51,640 bases of DNA from Anaerolineales bacterium (GCA_020354045.1 CP070639.1:2533738-2585377); one strand, 5' to 3'; counted from the stretch's first letter, positions 40,359-50,561 are shown. Notes: generated by a model not told the origin, from the letters alone. Made by a program: numbers and translations.

Positions 40359-42686
40359 CTATAAAAGTCTCAATTGGGGTGCATCATATGTCAAGGTATC
40401 CAGAGCAAGCTGCTCGAGCAAGGTTTCGCTATTTAATACTGGGTTATCTGCAAGCCAACGGACAGTTCTATATTTTATGAATTGGAAACCTTTCTCGACA
40501 GTATGACGAAGTCTCAGATCTTTTTGTAGTTTATAAGCAACCAGGTTGGCTCGGCTACCAGGCAGGATGATGAAAGATTTGTTTGGGGGGTGTGCGTCTT
40601 GATAAACAATATTCCCGATTAAAGCAGTAGCGATTACGTAGCAGACGTATTCAATATCGCCTATTTGGTTTAGCCACAGCATAGGTCGATTGCCTTCTGA
40701 CCGGAAACCAAGCTTGACTGCAATTTGTCTCAGCAAGGTCAAGATCGTTTTAATTTCAGCTCGACGAGAACCGGGTTGATCCTGGTCATTAATCTTCCAG
40801 CTATCACTTGTCGGTTGTGTTTCAACGCCATATGAGGCTAAGCATATGTGGGTAAACTCAATATTAGGAGTCGTTACGCCAGGGAATTTTTGGCAAAGTG
40901 CTCTATCAATCTCTTGCCTAGATGAGAGAGGTTTTTTCAGCAAATTACAGACAATTGCCATTTCGAGCCGATCAGAAATTGGTGGTTTTATATTCACCTC
41001 ATCACGTAACCACCATTGTCCAACTTCAAGTGATTTTTCGCTGCCAAAGTAGCGCAAGAATCCACTTCTATACGAGAAAGCCTCTTCAATCGATTTATTT
41101 AATTGACTCAGGTTATCTGCAGGGGAAAGGGCTGGATGGTTTATCTGTTTCTTTGATACTAAAGTTTGAAGAGCTGCGCTATGAAGGTGTAAATATACGC
41201 TGGCTTCACCTTTCTCCGTCAGATAATCTTTAGCAGCTTTTATAATACTGTCAGCCTGATCTTCGGTGGTGAAATCTATACTCACTGGCTGAGGTAATTT
41301 TGACCAGGCAAGCTGAGCCTGACTAGTCTCGGCACGCAGGGCGAATCCTGCCAAATGAAATCCAGCAGAATCGGTAGCTATCATCGTCGAAGAAAGAAAT
41401 CCAGGCTCAGCCTCACCAAGCATCTCAAATAGACGCAAATCAGGTGCGAGAAAATCGTATAGATGGGAGAAGGCTGATTGTAGGGCAGTAGCATGCCAGG
41501 CCCAATCATACCGACGTCTACGCAAGACTGTCTTGAATGGACCCAAGGCTTCACGCCCCCATAGCCAACCTGACCAGAGCGCTGAAAGAGTCCAAAAGGC
41601 TTGATTTGGACGCGGAATCGCTGTCACAACTGCCCCCACCTTTTTTTGATCAAGGTGCTCCACCAAATCCTTTAAGCGCCCCTCAAAAATGCATATACTT
41701 CCCTCAGTGGATGTCGAATCAGGCCAATAGGATATGGGGATAGGAGGCTCTTTCGTTGCCCAACTGTGTATGGCGTTTTCCATGGCTTTCCATATATTGT
41801 TCTCACGAAACCGGGGCGGGATGGTCAATAATCGCGGTCGTGCTCGTCCGGTGGGATGAGGCCAGAGCGTGTTTGCTTGATCACAGGTGCTAAATAATAA
41901 AGCAGTTATTGCCTTGCGATGTTTGGTGTTGAGATTGATGCCATCCAGTTTATTGATCAGGGTAAATAAGCCATATATGGCTCGAGGCAAATAGGTAGAA
42001 AGAGCTTCTTCTACATGATGACGGTCGGGATCGCCTGGTGAGGTAACCCTGTCCAATGCCCTTGCGTAGTGGAGGCTGCTAGCAATATATTTGGCTGCCT
42101 TTTCCCGGTCGGTATCTGCAGTGGGATGCTCGCCGTATTCACCACAATGCTCGCAATGAATGATTTTAGCAATTGGTACTGCATTACCTGAGTAAAGCAG
42201 ATGCGTACGATTCTCAGAAGCCTTCCCTTTCTGGTTAACTGTGCTAGTATCATCTGAACCCCTGTCCCAAACAAATGCTTCTGCTTCTACTTGATTTCCA
42301 CATTTTGGACACTCTGTTTGGTACAGTGAGCGTAAGTGTATCTCCAGCCTTTCATCTCCCTTTTTCGAAGATGCAATCTCAGCCAGGGCAGCACGTAATT
42401 CTAATTCTGGTGAAGGCTCGGCTGCCATCTCAATCAAGAATCTTATTATTGGATTGTTTGCTGCTACTAAAACGCGGTAGCCTGCTCGGGCCAGCTCGAT
42501 TACAAGCCTGGGGGAAGCACCAAATGGTTCTAAAATCCAAGGTGGATCCGCATTTTCAAGACCAGATGGTGGATGTAATTCCAGCCAATCTACAGCGACA
42601 CCCACAGGTAGTGGTGGCAGATACCTGGATAATGGCTCCAATTTATCAGCTGCTTGTCCTGGTATAAATGGCATAAACACTGACAT
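40359..42686 (-). CDS. Large hypothetical protein (775 aa) with an internal C4 zinc ribbon and N-terminal methyltransferase-like motif remnants
   Basis: A long ORF with strong coding character. CPKCG...(~47 aa)...CEHCG forms a zinc ribbon. The N-terminal NADPPWILEPFGASPRLVIELARAGYRVLVAANNP resembles a DPPY motif IV immediately followed by an FxGxG motif I region of beta-class N6/N4 methyltransferases. No family assignment is possible by eye. Confidence 0.5.
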   Translation of the reverse strand: MSVFMPFIPGQAADKLEPLSRYLPPLPVGVAVDWLELHPPSGLENADPPWILEPFGASPRLVIELARAGYRVLVAANNPIIRFLIEMAAEPSPELELRAALAEIASSKKGDERLEIHLRSLYQTECPKCGNQVEAEAFVWDRGSDDTSTVNQKGKASENRTHLLYSGNAVPIAKIIHCEHCGEYGEHPTADTDREKAAKYIASSLHYARALDRVTSPGDPDRHHVEEALSTYLPRAIYGLFTLINKLDGINLNTKHRKAITALLFSTCDQANTLWPHPTGRARPRLLTIPPRFRENNIWKAMENAIHSWATKEPPIPISYWPDSTSTEGSICIFEGRLKDLVEHLDQKKVGAVVTAIPRPNQAFWTLSALWSGWLWGREALGPFKTVLRRRRYDWAWHATALQSAFSHLYDFLAPDLRLFEMLGEAEPGFLSSTMIATDSAGFHLAGFALRAETSQAQLAWSKLPQPVSIDFTTEDQADSIIKAAKDYLTEKGEASVYLHLHSAALQTLVSKKQINHPALSPADNLSQLNKSIEEAFSYRSGFLRYFGSEKSLEVGQWWLRDEVNIKPPISDRLEMAIVCNLLKKPLSSRQEIDRALCQKFPGVTTPNIEFTHICLASYGVETQPTSDSWKINDQDQPGSRRAEIKTILTLLRQIAVKLGFRSEGNRPMLWLNQIGDIEYVCYVIATALIGNIVYQDAHPPNKSFIILPGSRANLVAYKLQKDLRLRHTVEKGFQFIKYRTVRWLADNPVLNSETLLEQLALDTLTYDAPQLRLL

Positions 42687-42740
42687 TAAATTGTTCTCTT
42701 TAGATTTGCCTTAAATGGAGATATACGGGCGAAAGAATCC

Positions 42741-44192
42741 TTATCGGGGTCGGCTGTAATCATCGCCAACTGTATAAAGAAGCGCCATGTTCGTTGGACG
42801 AATTGAGTGTACTGGATATCCGCATATTAATACAACTTGCTGTCCAAGCTCGAGTGTGGCGAATTTAACTAATGCCTTATCAATAGTAGATATCATCTCT
42901 TCAACAGTTTCAGAATGGGGGACAAGGTGTGGGTATACCCCGTTAAATAGCCCCATTCGGCGGTATGTTTTTTGTTCTGGTGTGAAGGCTAAAATAGGTA
43001 CCCCGGGACGGGTTTTTGACATAAGAAGGGCTGTCCGTCCACTTTTTGTAAATACCGCTATGGCAGCTACATTTCGGTCGTGAGCAAGCTCGCGAGCTGC
43101 CAAGGTCATATAATAAGTATCATCTTGGTTTGTTTCCTGCACTGCTCTACCACGCCAGTGTCCCCACTCTGTCAAGTTTTCTTCTGCCTGGCAAATAATA
43201 GAATTCATTGTCGCGACTGCAGCAATAGGAAATTTTCCAACTGCGGTTTCGCCGGATAACATAACGGCATCTGTGCCATCAAAAATCGCATTGGCAACAT
43301 CTGAGGCTTCTGCGCGCGTTGGTCGCGGATTCTGGATCATTGAATCAAGCATCTGAGTAGCAGTAATGACAACCTTGCCATGTAAATTCGCGCACTGAAT
43401 GATATTTTTTTGTGCTACCGGGACGGTCTCTGGTGGCATTTCAACACCTAAATCACCACGGGCAACCATTACACCATCAGCAACTTCAACGATCTCCTCC
43501 AGGTTTTCCAAGGCTTCAGGTCGCTCTAGCTTAGCAATAATGGGTGTATTGATCAATTCTGGGGTGATTTGTTGAATAGATTTACGTACCTTTAGGATAT
43601 CATCACCTGTGCGTACAAAAGAAACCGCGACCATATCAATATTGTGCTTCAGGCCAAATTGCAGGTCATGAAAATCCTTCTGTGTGAATCCTTCAATCTC
43701 AAGCTTAGCGTGAGGTATGTTAATCCCTTTATGGGAACCGAGAGCACCTCCGAGAATGACTTGCGTCTCAATGTCTTTTTCGGTTACCCTGGTCGCTACC
43801 AGCTCCAGGTTACCATCATCTAATAATATCCGATCTCCTGGTTTGACCTGACTGGGAAGGTTAGGGAAATCAACAAAGATATGTTTTTCATCTCCAGGTA
43901 CATGCTTGGTTGTGAGCGTAATGAACTGATCTTTTTTCAGGTGTATTACTCCGGCAGGAATAATACCTGTTCGGATTTTGGGTCCTTGTAAATCTTGCAA
44001 AATGGGTGTTGGTCTACCTAAGCGTGCAGATATATCTCGAAGTATAGCGATTGCTTTTGCATGGTCATCGTAATTGCCATGAGAAAAATTCAATCTAGCA
44101 ACATCGACACCTGCACTTAACAATTGTTCAATTGTATTTGGATCCTTACTGGCTGGACCAATGGTGGCAACAATTTTTGTTCTTCTTTCCAT
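42741..44192 (-). CDS. pyk: Pyruvate kinase
   Basis: MERRTKIVATIGPAS...ARLNFSHG matches the pyruvate kinase N-terminus; ~483 aa. Confidence 0.9.
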   Translation of the reverse strand: MERRTKIVATIGPASKDPNTIEQLLSAGVDVARLNFSHGNYDDHAKAIAILRDISARLGRPTPILQDLQGPKIRTGIIPAGVIHLKKDQFITLTTKHVPGDEKHIFVDFPNLPSQVKPGDRILLDDGNLELVATRVTEKDIETQVILGGALGSHKGINIPHAKLEIEGFTQKDFHDLQFGLKHNIDMVAVSFVRTGDDILKVRKSIQQITPELINTPIIAKLERPEALENLEEIVEVADGVMVARGDLGVEMPPETVPVAQKNIIQCANLHGKVVITATQMLDSMIQNPRPTRAEASDVANAIFDGTDAVMLSGETAVGKFPIAAVATMNSIICQAEENLTEWGHWRGRAVQETNQDDTYYMTLAARELAHDRNVAAIAVFTKSGRTALLMSKTRPGVPILAFTPEQKTYRRMGLFNGVYPHLVPHSETVEEMISTIDKALVKFATLELGQQVVLICGYPVHSIRPTNMALLYTVGDDYSRPR

Positions 44193-44213
44193 GTTGAACT
44201 TGTATTATTTGAA

Positions 44214-45512
44214 TTATAGATAATGTAATTCCCTGGCTTGTTTTGTGAGTTCGGTACGAAATTCTGGATGGGCGATGTTGATCAAGGATTTGGCGCGTTG
44301 CCTTATCGTTTTTCCATATAAGTGAGCAATACCATATTCTGTCACAACATAGTGTACATGATTTCGTGTAGTTACAACACCCGCACCAGGTTTTAAGGTT
44401 GCTACTATACGGCTGAGGTTTTTAGCTGTGCTGGGCAAGGCGATGATTGGAACACCACCTTTAGAGCGTGAAGCACCATATATAAAATCAAGTTGACCCC
44501 CTACACCGCTGTAAACTTTAGAACCTATACTATCAGCGCATACCTGTCCAGTCAAGTCAATTTCAATCGCAGAATTTATAGCCACCATGCGTGCGTTTTG
44601 AGCAATCACGAAGGGATCATTAACATATTCGGTGGGATGCAATTCAATCAGTGGGTTGTCGTCAACCCACTGATACAATCTTTTACTTCCTAAAACGAAG
44701 CCCGCGATGATTTTGCCTGTATGCAAAGTTTTGCGAGCATTGGTCAATACTCCTGCATCCACAAGATCAATAATTCCATCTGAAAATAATTCAGTATGTA
44801 TTCCGAGATCTTGTTTGCTATACATGTGCCTAAGCACTGCATCGGGTATGGCTCCGATGCCAAGTTGTAGAGTTGCTCCGTCAGGAATAAGTTCAGCGAT
44901 AAAACTGGCGATCTTTTCGACAATTTCGGTTGAATTTTCATTACCCATGGGTAGTTCTGGTAGGTCGTAATCAACAGGGATGACACTATCAAGCTTGCTA
45001 ACATGAATAAATGAATCGCCAAGGGTGCGCGGCATACGTTGGTTTACCTCGGCAATAATTTTATTTGATGAAGCAGCAACACTTTTAGTTAAACCAACTT
45101 CTATGCCCAGGCTACAGAAACCGTGCTCATCCGGAGGAGATACATGAATGAGGGCTACATCTACTGGGAGAACGCCACTTTTGAATAAAGTTGTGAATTC
45201 AGATAAAAGGACAGGCGTGAAGTCGGCTCTACCTTCGTTGACAGCTGAGCGTATATTTTGACTAATGAACATGGTGTTTACCCTGAGATGACCTTCTAAT
45301 CTCGGGTGTACATAATCTGCTGGCCCAACCGTTAAAGCATGACATACTTCAACGTCATGGAGTTCTGGGGCATAATCCACCAAAGCGGCCAGGATATGGT
45401 TTGGTACGGAACAATTTCCGGTCAAGAAGACGCGTTGACCTGATTTGATATTACGGACGGCTTCTTCGGGAGTAGTAATTCGTGATTCATAAATCTTTGT
45501 CCAGATTGCCAT
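44214..45512 (-). CDS. Acetyl-CoA hydrolase/transferase family protein (4-hydroxybutyrate or succinyl-CoA:acetate CoA-transferase-like)
   Basis: ~432 aa; the N-terminal and central blocks (RVFLTGNCSVPNH, LIHVSPPDEHGFCSLG, GQLDF) are typical of the AcH/Cat1 family. Confidence 0.75.
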   Translation of the reverse strand: MAIWTKIYESRITTPEEAVRNIKSGQRVFLTGNCSVPNHILAALVDYAPELHDVEVCHALTVGPADYVHPRLEGHLRVNTMFISQNIRSAVNEGRADFTPVLLSEFTTLFKSGVLPVDVALIHVSPPDEHGFCSLGIEVGLTKSVAASSNKIIAEVNQRMPRTLGDSFIHVSKLDSVIPVDYDLPELPMGNENSTEIVEKIASFIAELIPDGATLQLGIGAIPDAVLRHMYSKQDLGIHTELFSDGIIDLVDAGVLTNARKTLHTGKIIAGFVLGSKRLYQWVDDNPLIELHPTEYVNDPFVIAQNARMVAINSAIEIDLTGQVCADSIGSKVYSGVGGQLDFIYGASRSKGGVPIIALPSTAKNLSRIVATLKPGAGVVTTRNHVHYVVTEYGIAHLYGKTIRQRAKSLINIAHPEFRTELTKQARELHYL

Positions 45513-45515
45513 AAA

Positions 45516-46616
45516 TCAATCCTCCACCGTATCCAATGCATTGATCTGTGCAAGGTGAAGGATATTACCTCGGTGAGTCATCACGCCTTTGTAAATTGCC
45601 TGATTTCTTTGAATTGCCGAGTCTATTCCGAATTCAGCTAGCTCTTCAATGAAAGTCAAGGCGGCGTTTATGTATGAATGGGTAGAAGTGCGTGCGACGA
45701 CCCCGGGTATATTCGGTACACAATAATGAATAACGCCCTCTTCGAGAAATGTGGGATGATCGTGGGTTGTGGGGCGAGAAGTCTCAATGCAACCACCTTC
45801 GTCAATACTAATATCCATGACGATAGCACGCGGTTTCATTTTTCTAACCATCGCTCTGGTAACAACGGTTGGAGCTCGCTCGCCCGCAACTAATACTGCT
45901 CCAACCAGGACATCTGCATAATTACAAACCTTCGTAATATTTATTGGGTTGGCAATCATTGTGACGACTCCAGGGAAGCGTTCATGGACTCGCTGAAGCG
46001 CTTTTATGCTTATATCTAGTACAGTGATATGAGCACCCATGCCGAAAAACGCCTGAGTTGCACAGGTTCCAACAGTACCCGCGCCAATGATAATGACTTC
46101 GGCTGGAGGTACGCCGACAACACCACCGATTAAGATGCCTTTCCCGCCTGATTCGTTTTGGAGTAAACGGGCAGCGATCTGGGGGATCATGAACCCACCT
46201 ATTTGAGCCAAGGATTGCCTTACAGGAACGCTTCCATCTGGTAACTGGATTTGTTCAAGTGCGATTGAAGTAATTTCTTTCTTCAGAAGAAGATCAATCT
46301 TATCCTTGCGGGCAGAGTTTAAATGCAGTAAACCTGCAATCGCGCTACCAGGTTGTAGCCATTCGATTTCTTCTAGGATCGGGCGCGCTACTTTAATTAG
46401 TAAATCTGCGCGCCCAAATACTTCCTCCGGTCTGTAGACAATATGCGCACCCGCCTGCTCGTATTCGAGGTCGCTAAAACCAGCCCCCAAGCCTGCCTCG
46501 TGTTCAATATAAACCTTATGTTCTGAATTTGTGAGCAACTGTGCCGCGGCAGGAGATAAGCCAACCCTGTATTCAAGAGGTCGCCTTTCCTTTGGAATTC
46601 CAATGTTCATTTGCAC
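45516..46616 (-). CDS. ald: Alanine dehydrogenase
   Basis: MNIGIPKERRPLEYRVGLSPAAA; NAD motif VIIIGAGTVGTCATQ; ~366 aa. Confidence 0.85.
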   Translation of the reverse strand: MQMNIGIPKERRPLEYRVGLSPAAAQLLTNSEHKVYIEHEAGLGAGFSDLEYEQAGAHIVYRPEEVFGRADLLIKVARPILEEIEWLQPGSAIAGLLHLNSARKDKIDLLLKKEITSIALEQIQLPDGSVPVRQSLAQIGGFMIPQIAARLLQNESGGKGILIGGVVGVPPAEVIIIGAGTVGTCATQAFFGMGAHITVLDISIKALQRVHERFPGVVTMIANPINITKVCNYADVLVGAVLVAGERAPTVVTRAMVRKMKPRAIVMDISIDEGGCIETSRPTTHDHPTFLEEGVIHYCVPNIPGVVARTSTHSYINAALTFIEELAEFGIDSAIQRNQAIYKGVMTHRGNILHLAQINALDTVED

Positions 46617-46643
46617 CTCAATTAAAAGGTTAGGCAGAAATAA

Positions 46644-47567
46644 TCACAATCCACCAAGCAATCTTGCCAAAATGGCCTTTTGGGCGTGCATTCGGTTATG
46701 AGCTTGTTGAAATATCACCGAATGACTACCATCTGCAACATCGTCCGTGAGTTCGTGCCCGCGATGTGCGGGTAGGCAATGCATAACTATCACATCTGAA
46801 TCTGCTTCGGATACCAACTTAGCATTAACCTGGTAGGGTGGAAACACTTTTTCCCTGATTCTTGCCTCATCCTCCTGTCCCATGCTGGTCCACGTATCTG
46901 TATAGATTACCTGGGCATTTTGTACAGCCTGATGAGGATCGCGCAATATTGTTACTAAACAACCAGTGGCTTGTGCAATTTTCTTCCCCGAATTTAGTGC
47001 TCTCTCGTTAAGATCAAACCCTTCTGGATTAGCGATTGCGAAATTTGCACCCAGTTTTGCACAAATATGCAAAAGCGAAACCGCTACATTATTCCCATCA
47101 CCAACATATGCAACATTCAAGCCTTTTAAGGTGCCAAATTTCTCCTGGATTGTAAGTGCATCTGCTAACGCTTGGCAGGGATGGTTATAATCACTTAATC
47201 CATTAATAACCGGAATCGATGACCAGCGTGCCAATTCGAGAATGTGTTCGTGCTCAAATACACGTGCCATTAATGCGTCTACGTAACCGGACATCACCCG
47301 GGCAATATCTGCAATCGATTCGCGTTTTCCAAGACCAATCTCCGCTGGTGATAAGTAAAGTGCATCACCACCAAGATGTCGCATAGCCATGTCAAATGAA
47401 ATTCGAGTTCGTAAACTCGGCTTTTGAAAAATCATTGCCAGTGTTTTATTTGCTAATATCTGTCGGTTGCCTTGTAATTTCCATTCATTCTTGAGATTCT
47501 CTGCCAGATCAAGCAGCTCCTGAATTTCGCTTGAGGAGTAATCTTCAATGGCGATGAAGTCCTTCAT
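46644..47567 (-). CDS. argF: Ornithine carbamoyltransferase
   Basis: SLRTRISFD (STRTR-like carbamoyl-phosphate motif), [13 protein letters not shown]. Confidence 0.9.
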   Translation of the reverse strand: MKDFIAIEDYSSSEIQELLDLAENLKNEWKLQGNRQILANKTLAMIFQKPSLRTRISFDMAMRHLGGDALYLSPAEIGLGKRESIADIARVMSGYVDALMARVFEHEHILELARWSSIPVINGLSDYNHPCQALADALTIQEKFGTLKGLNVAYVGDGNNVAVSLLHICAKLGANFAIANPEGFDLNERALNSGKKIAQATGCLVTILRDPHQAVQNAQVIYTDTWTSMGQEDEARIREKVFPPYQVNAKLVSEADSDVIVMHCLPAHRGHELTDDVADGSHSVIFQQAHNRMHAQKAILARLLGGL

Positions 47568-47820
47568 TTTTTATCTCCACTTTTGGACGCTAGATTTTTT
47601 GTGATCAAGAAAAATGGTTGTTTCGTGTCAAAAGGATACAACTACCACGCAGTATATCACAGCTAAATTCCCGTAATTTCAACTTAAGTTTTATGGGTTA
47701 TGCGATTGTAAAAAATGATAGTTGTTGACTGAGCGTGGGGATCAGAAACAGGCCAGTTCTACCATTCTTTTATTTGGATAGGAGATCTTTGCCGCTTCTT
47801 ATAGTTTGTTACGAGGGTAT

Positions 47821-49620
47821 TTAATAATTCATTACGTTGGATACCACTTTTCTTAAATCTTGATCCGTGATAAAGCCTTTGTGAAGTACGATTGCAGAAT
47901 CGTTAATCAGCTGAAATTGCAAGTGATCGAGAGAATTTGATGTCAGTATTATGACTGGTATGGATTTCAGGAATGGGTCTATGGTTAGTGCTTTAAGAAC
48001 CTGCTGAATATCCAAGTAATGCATTTGGGGGTTGATTATGATAGCCCGTGGTTTTATTGTCCGAATTTTCTTTATTATATTGGTTATATCACCCTGATTG
48101 ACGATAAGTAGCTCGTCGCTATGTAAAAACACTTCTTTCATCAGATCAATATTTGACCTATCATCATCAATTAGAAGAATTTTTGGAGTTTTATCTACCT
48201 TAACTGATTTGATTATCGTTGGATTTTCTTGATCCTCAACTAGGGTATTAGCGTAAGTTTCAGCTTGATACTCTTGTGGATTATCGTTTGTTTTGTTGTT
48301 GAAATCCTTGTCTCTGCTTGTCGGGTACGCATTTTCCTTATTTACTGGAAATGTGAAGTAAATACTACATGTTTCATCAGGGTCATGTTGGATTCCCAAC
48401 TCACCCCCGTGCATCTCGATGAGTTTTTTTGCTGTGTAAAATCCAAATTTACATGAGGATAATTCCTCCTGTACTGTTTCGCCACTTGAAAAAAAAGGAT
48501 TGAAAAGATTAAGTTGTTCTAAAGGTAGCAAAAACCTCCCTTCCATGCGTACATGTATCGTCTCTCCAGTTCTAGATTTATTAGCGGAATGATGTTCGGC
48601 GGTAATTGTAATAATTCCTGATTTTGTTAAATTAGCAGCAATGTCAAGCAACCTTAATAAAATCACCCGTGTCTTGACTGGGTCAACACGGATAGCAGGT
48701 AAATCAGATGGCACTTTTATTTCTAGTTCAATGGCATTCTCTTGAAAAAAAACCTGGGATGTATTTGCCACTGATGCAATCATATCGGCGAGGTTTATAT
48801 TCCCTTCAAAATTTAACTTTAGTATCCCTGATTCAATCTTGGAAAATGTAATTAGATCATCAGTTAAGTCTAATATCTGTATACCGGAATCATAGATTGC
48901 GTGAACGTCTTGTTTTAAAGGCTCTGTGATTGGACCGTCAATACCTTTGAGTATGATCCGCGAGAAACCTAGAATTGAATTTACAGATGCGCGCAATTCC
49001 TTTCCCATCTCTGTGAGAAAACGAAATTTTTGTAAGGAGATATCTGTTTCAGGTTGTGCATCCAATTGCTGGCCATATCCTGAATGCTTTGGCTCAGGAG
49101 CACTGATAGTAAGTGAGTTAATATTATGGGCTAATATGTTTGTATTTGTTAAGTTATTTTCATTGGCGGGGATTCTGTTAAAAACCGATGCAGGCTGGTT
49201 CTCTTGTAGAATTTGGGTAAATCCTGAGAAACCATAATGACGATCATCGTCAATGGATTTCAAAATTTTTAAAAAGCATATCTTAGCTTGTACTTGCCTT
49301 CCATCGGTCTGAAGAATTTGAACATCCATATCTACAGGAAATCTTCGACGATTAAACACTGCATCAAGTAATGAATGGCAATTAATATTTACCATGAGGT
49401 GGGTTATTGGTTGACCCAGAATTTCTGGCACCGATACGTTAAGTACGCCTTCGATTTCCGCGCTGCAAGCAGTGTAATTCCCATCAAGATCACATTCCCA
49501 AGTCCAGCCAAGTAGTTTGGAATCGTTAAAATTGTCAATTGCTAAAGTTTCGACATCCAGATTGTTAAACAGTTCATTGATCCGCTCCTGTTTGAGGTTT
49601 TCAAGGGACCATTTGGACAT
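47821..49620 (-). CDS. PAS-containing hybrid histidine-kinase-like/receiver-like protein with degenerate phospho-acceptor sites (probable pseudo-kinase and pseudo-receiver)
   Basis: N-terminal PAS-like segment (GNYTACSAEIEGVLNVSVPEILGQPI). The HisKA H-box FLTEMGKELRASVNSILGFS aligns to FLAxMSHELRTPLNAILGFS with His replaced by Lys. HATPase G1/G2 boxes are degenerate (MEGRF, KFGF). The C-terminal receiver has KILLIDDD, VIILTS and HKG, but the phospho-Asp position reads IIINPQM (Asp replaced by Asn). The start overlaps the parA stop by 20 nt. Confidence 0.7.
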   Translation of the reverse strand: MSKWSLENLKQERINELFNNLDVETLAIDNFNDSKLLGWTWECDLDGNYTACSAEIEGVLNVSVPEILGQPITHLMVNINCHSLLDAVFNRRRFPVDMDVQILQTDGRQVQAKICFLKILKSIDDDRHYGFSGFTQILQENQPASVFNRIPANENNLTNTNILAHNINSLTISAPEPKHSGYGQQLDAQPETDISLQKFRFLTEMGKELRASVNSILGFSRIILKGIDGPITEPLKQDVHAIYDSGIQILDLTDDLITFSKIESGILKLNFEGNINLADMIASVANTSQVFFQENAIELEIKVPSDLPAIRVDPVKTRVILLRLLDIAANLTKSGIITITAEHHSANKSRTGETIHVRMEGRFLLPLEQLNLFNPFFSSGETVQEELSSCKFGFYTAKKLIEMHGGELGIQHDPDETCSIYFTFPVNKENAYPTSRDKDFNNKTNDNPQEYQAETYANTLVEDQENPTIIKSVKVDKTPKILLIDDDRSNIDLMKEVFLHSDELLIVNQGDITNIIKKIRTIKPRAIIINPQMHYLDIQQVLKALTIDPFLKSIPVIILTSNSLDHLQFQLINDSAIVLHKGFITDQDLRKVVSNVMNY

Positions 49621-50374
49621 TGTGATCTAACTCCTTAGCTAGAGATAAATATTGCAAAGCGCTGCGAGTTCTGGGATTGAAGTGCGTTATGGGTAAGCCA
49701 GCAAGAGAGCTTTCTCGGAGTTTGGTGTCAACATCTATCAGGGTATTAAATAATCCATCCCCAAAGGTGGCACGGATTTGTTCGCGCATATTGTTATGAA
49801 TCCTATTTCGCCTATCGTGCATGGTGATTAATATCCGATACACCAAGGCAGGATTACCGAACGCACGGACACGTTTTATGGCAGGCATCATGTTTCGCAA
49901 GGCAAAAGCGGAAAAATATTCTGGCTGTGTGGGAATGATTAACATATTTGAAGCATGCAGGGCATTTAGAGTGATGCTACCTAATGCAGGTGGGCAATCA
50001 ATCACAATAAAATCATATGATGTTGGATGGATTGCTATGAGCAAGTCTTTCAAGATGTACTCATGGTTGTCCCTAACTGGAAGAAATCGCTCGGCTAATT
50101 CCATATCTGAGTTGGATGGGATTAGATCAAGCCCAGGAATAGTGGTTTCCATGATTATGCTGGATAAACTGTGCGAATTTAGAAGCAGATCTGCAACGGA
50201 ATGACTTATACCTTTCGGGTTGATGCCAACGGCTACGGTGAGATCAGCCTGGGGATCCATGTCAATGAGGAGGGTTTTCATATTGAGCGTTGCAAATGCC
50301 CCCGCCAGAGACGTAGCTGTAGTTGTTTTTGCGACGCCTCCTTTTTGATTCGCGATCGTTATCGTATAAGTCAT
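49601..50374 (-). CDS. parA: ParA/MinD-family P-loop ATPase
   Basis: Deviant Walker A ANQKGGVAKTTTATSLA; LLIDMDPQ; ~257 aa. Confidence 0.85.
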   Translation of the reverse strand: MTYTITIANQKGGVAKTTTATSLAGAFATLNMKTLLIDMDPQADLTVAVGINPKGISHSVADLLLNSHSLSSIIMETTIPGLDLIPSNSDMELAERFLPVRDNHEYILKDLLIAIHPTSYDFIVIDCPPALGSITLNALHASNMLIIPTQPEYFSAFALRNMMPAIKRVRAFGNPALVYRILITMHDRRNRIHNNMREQIRATFGDGLFNTLIDVDTKLRESSLAGLPITHFNPRTRSALQYLSLAKELDHNVQMVP

Positions 50375-50467
50375 ATTAGTTTTGGTTGTTGTAAAATCTA
50401 CTTCGCATTGGAAAGGATGTAAGATGCAGGCTCAATTTTTTGCATGCAAACATTGTTTCAAAGGCTT

Positions 50468-50502
50468 GCTAAAATACAAAAAATAGTTTTTTGTATTTTA
50501 GC
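50468..50502. promoter_or_regulatory. Perfect 16-bp inverted repeat (GCTAAAATACAAAAAA-TAG-TTTTTTGTATTTTAGC) about 95 bp upstream of parA
   Basis: Read directly: the left arm 50468-50483 is the exact reverse complement of the right arm 50487-50502. Candidate operator or RNA hairpin. Confidence 0.5.
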
Positions 50503-50561
50503 ACCCAAAGAAGGCTTAGAAACCATCAACATTGCAAGGCATGAAATGAGCAACAGAGGGC

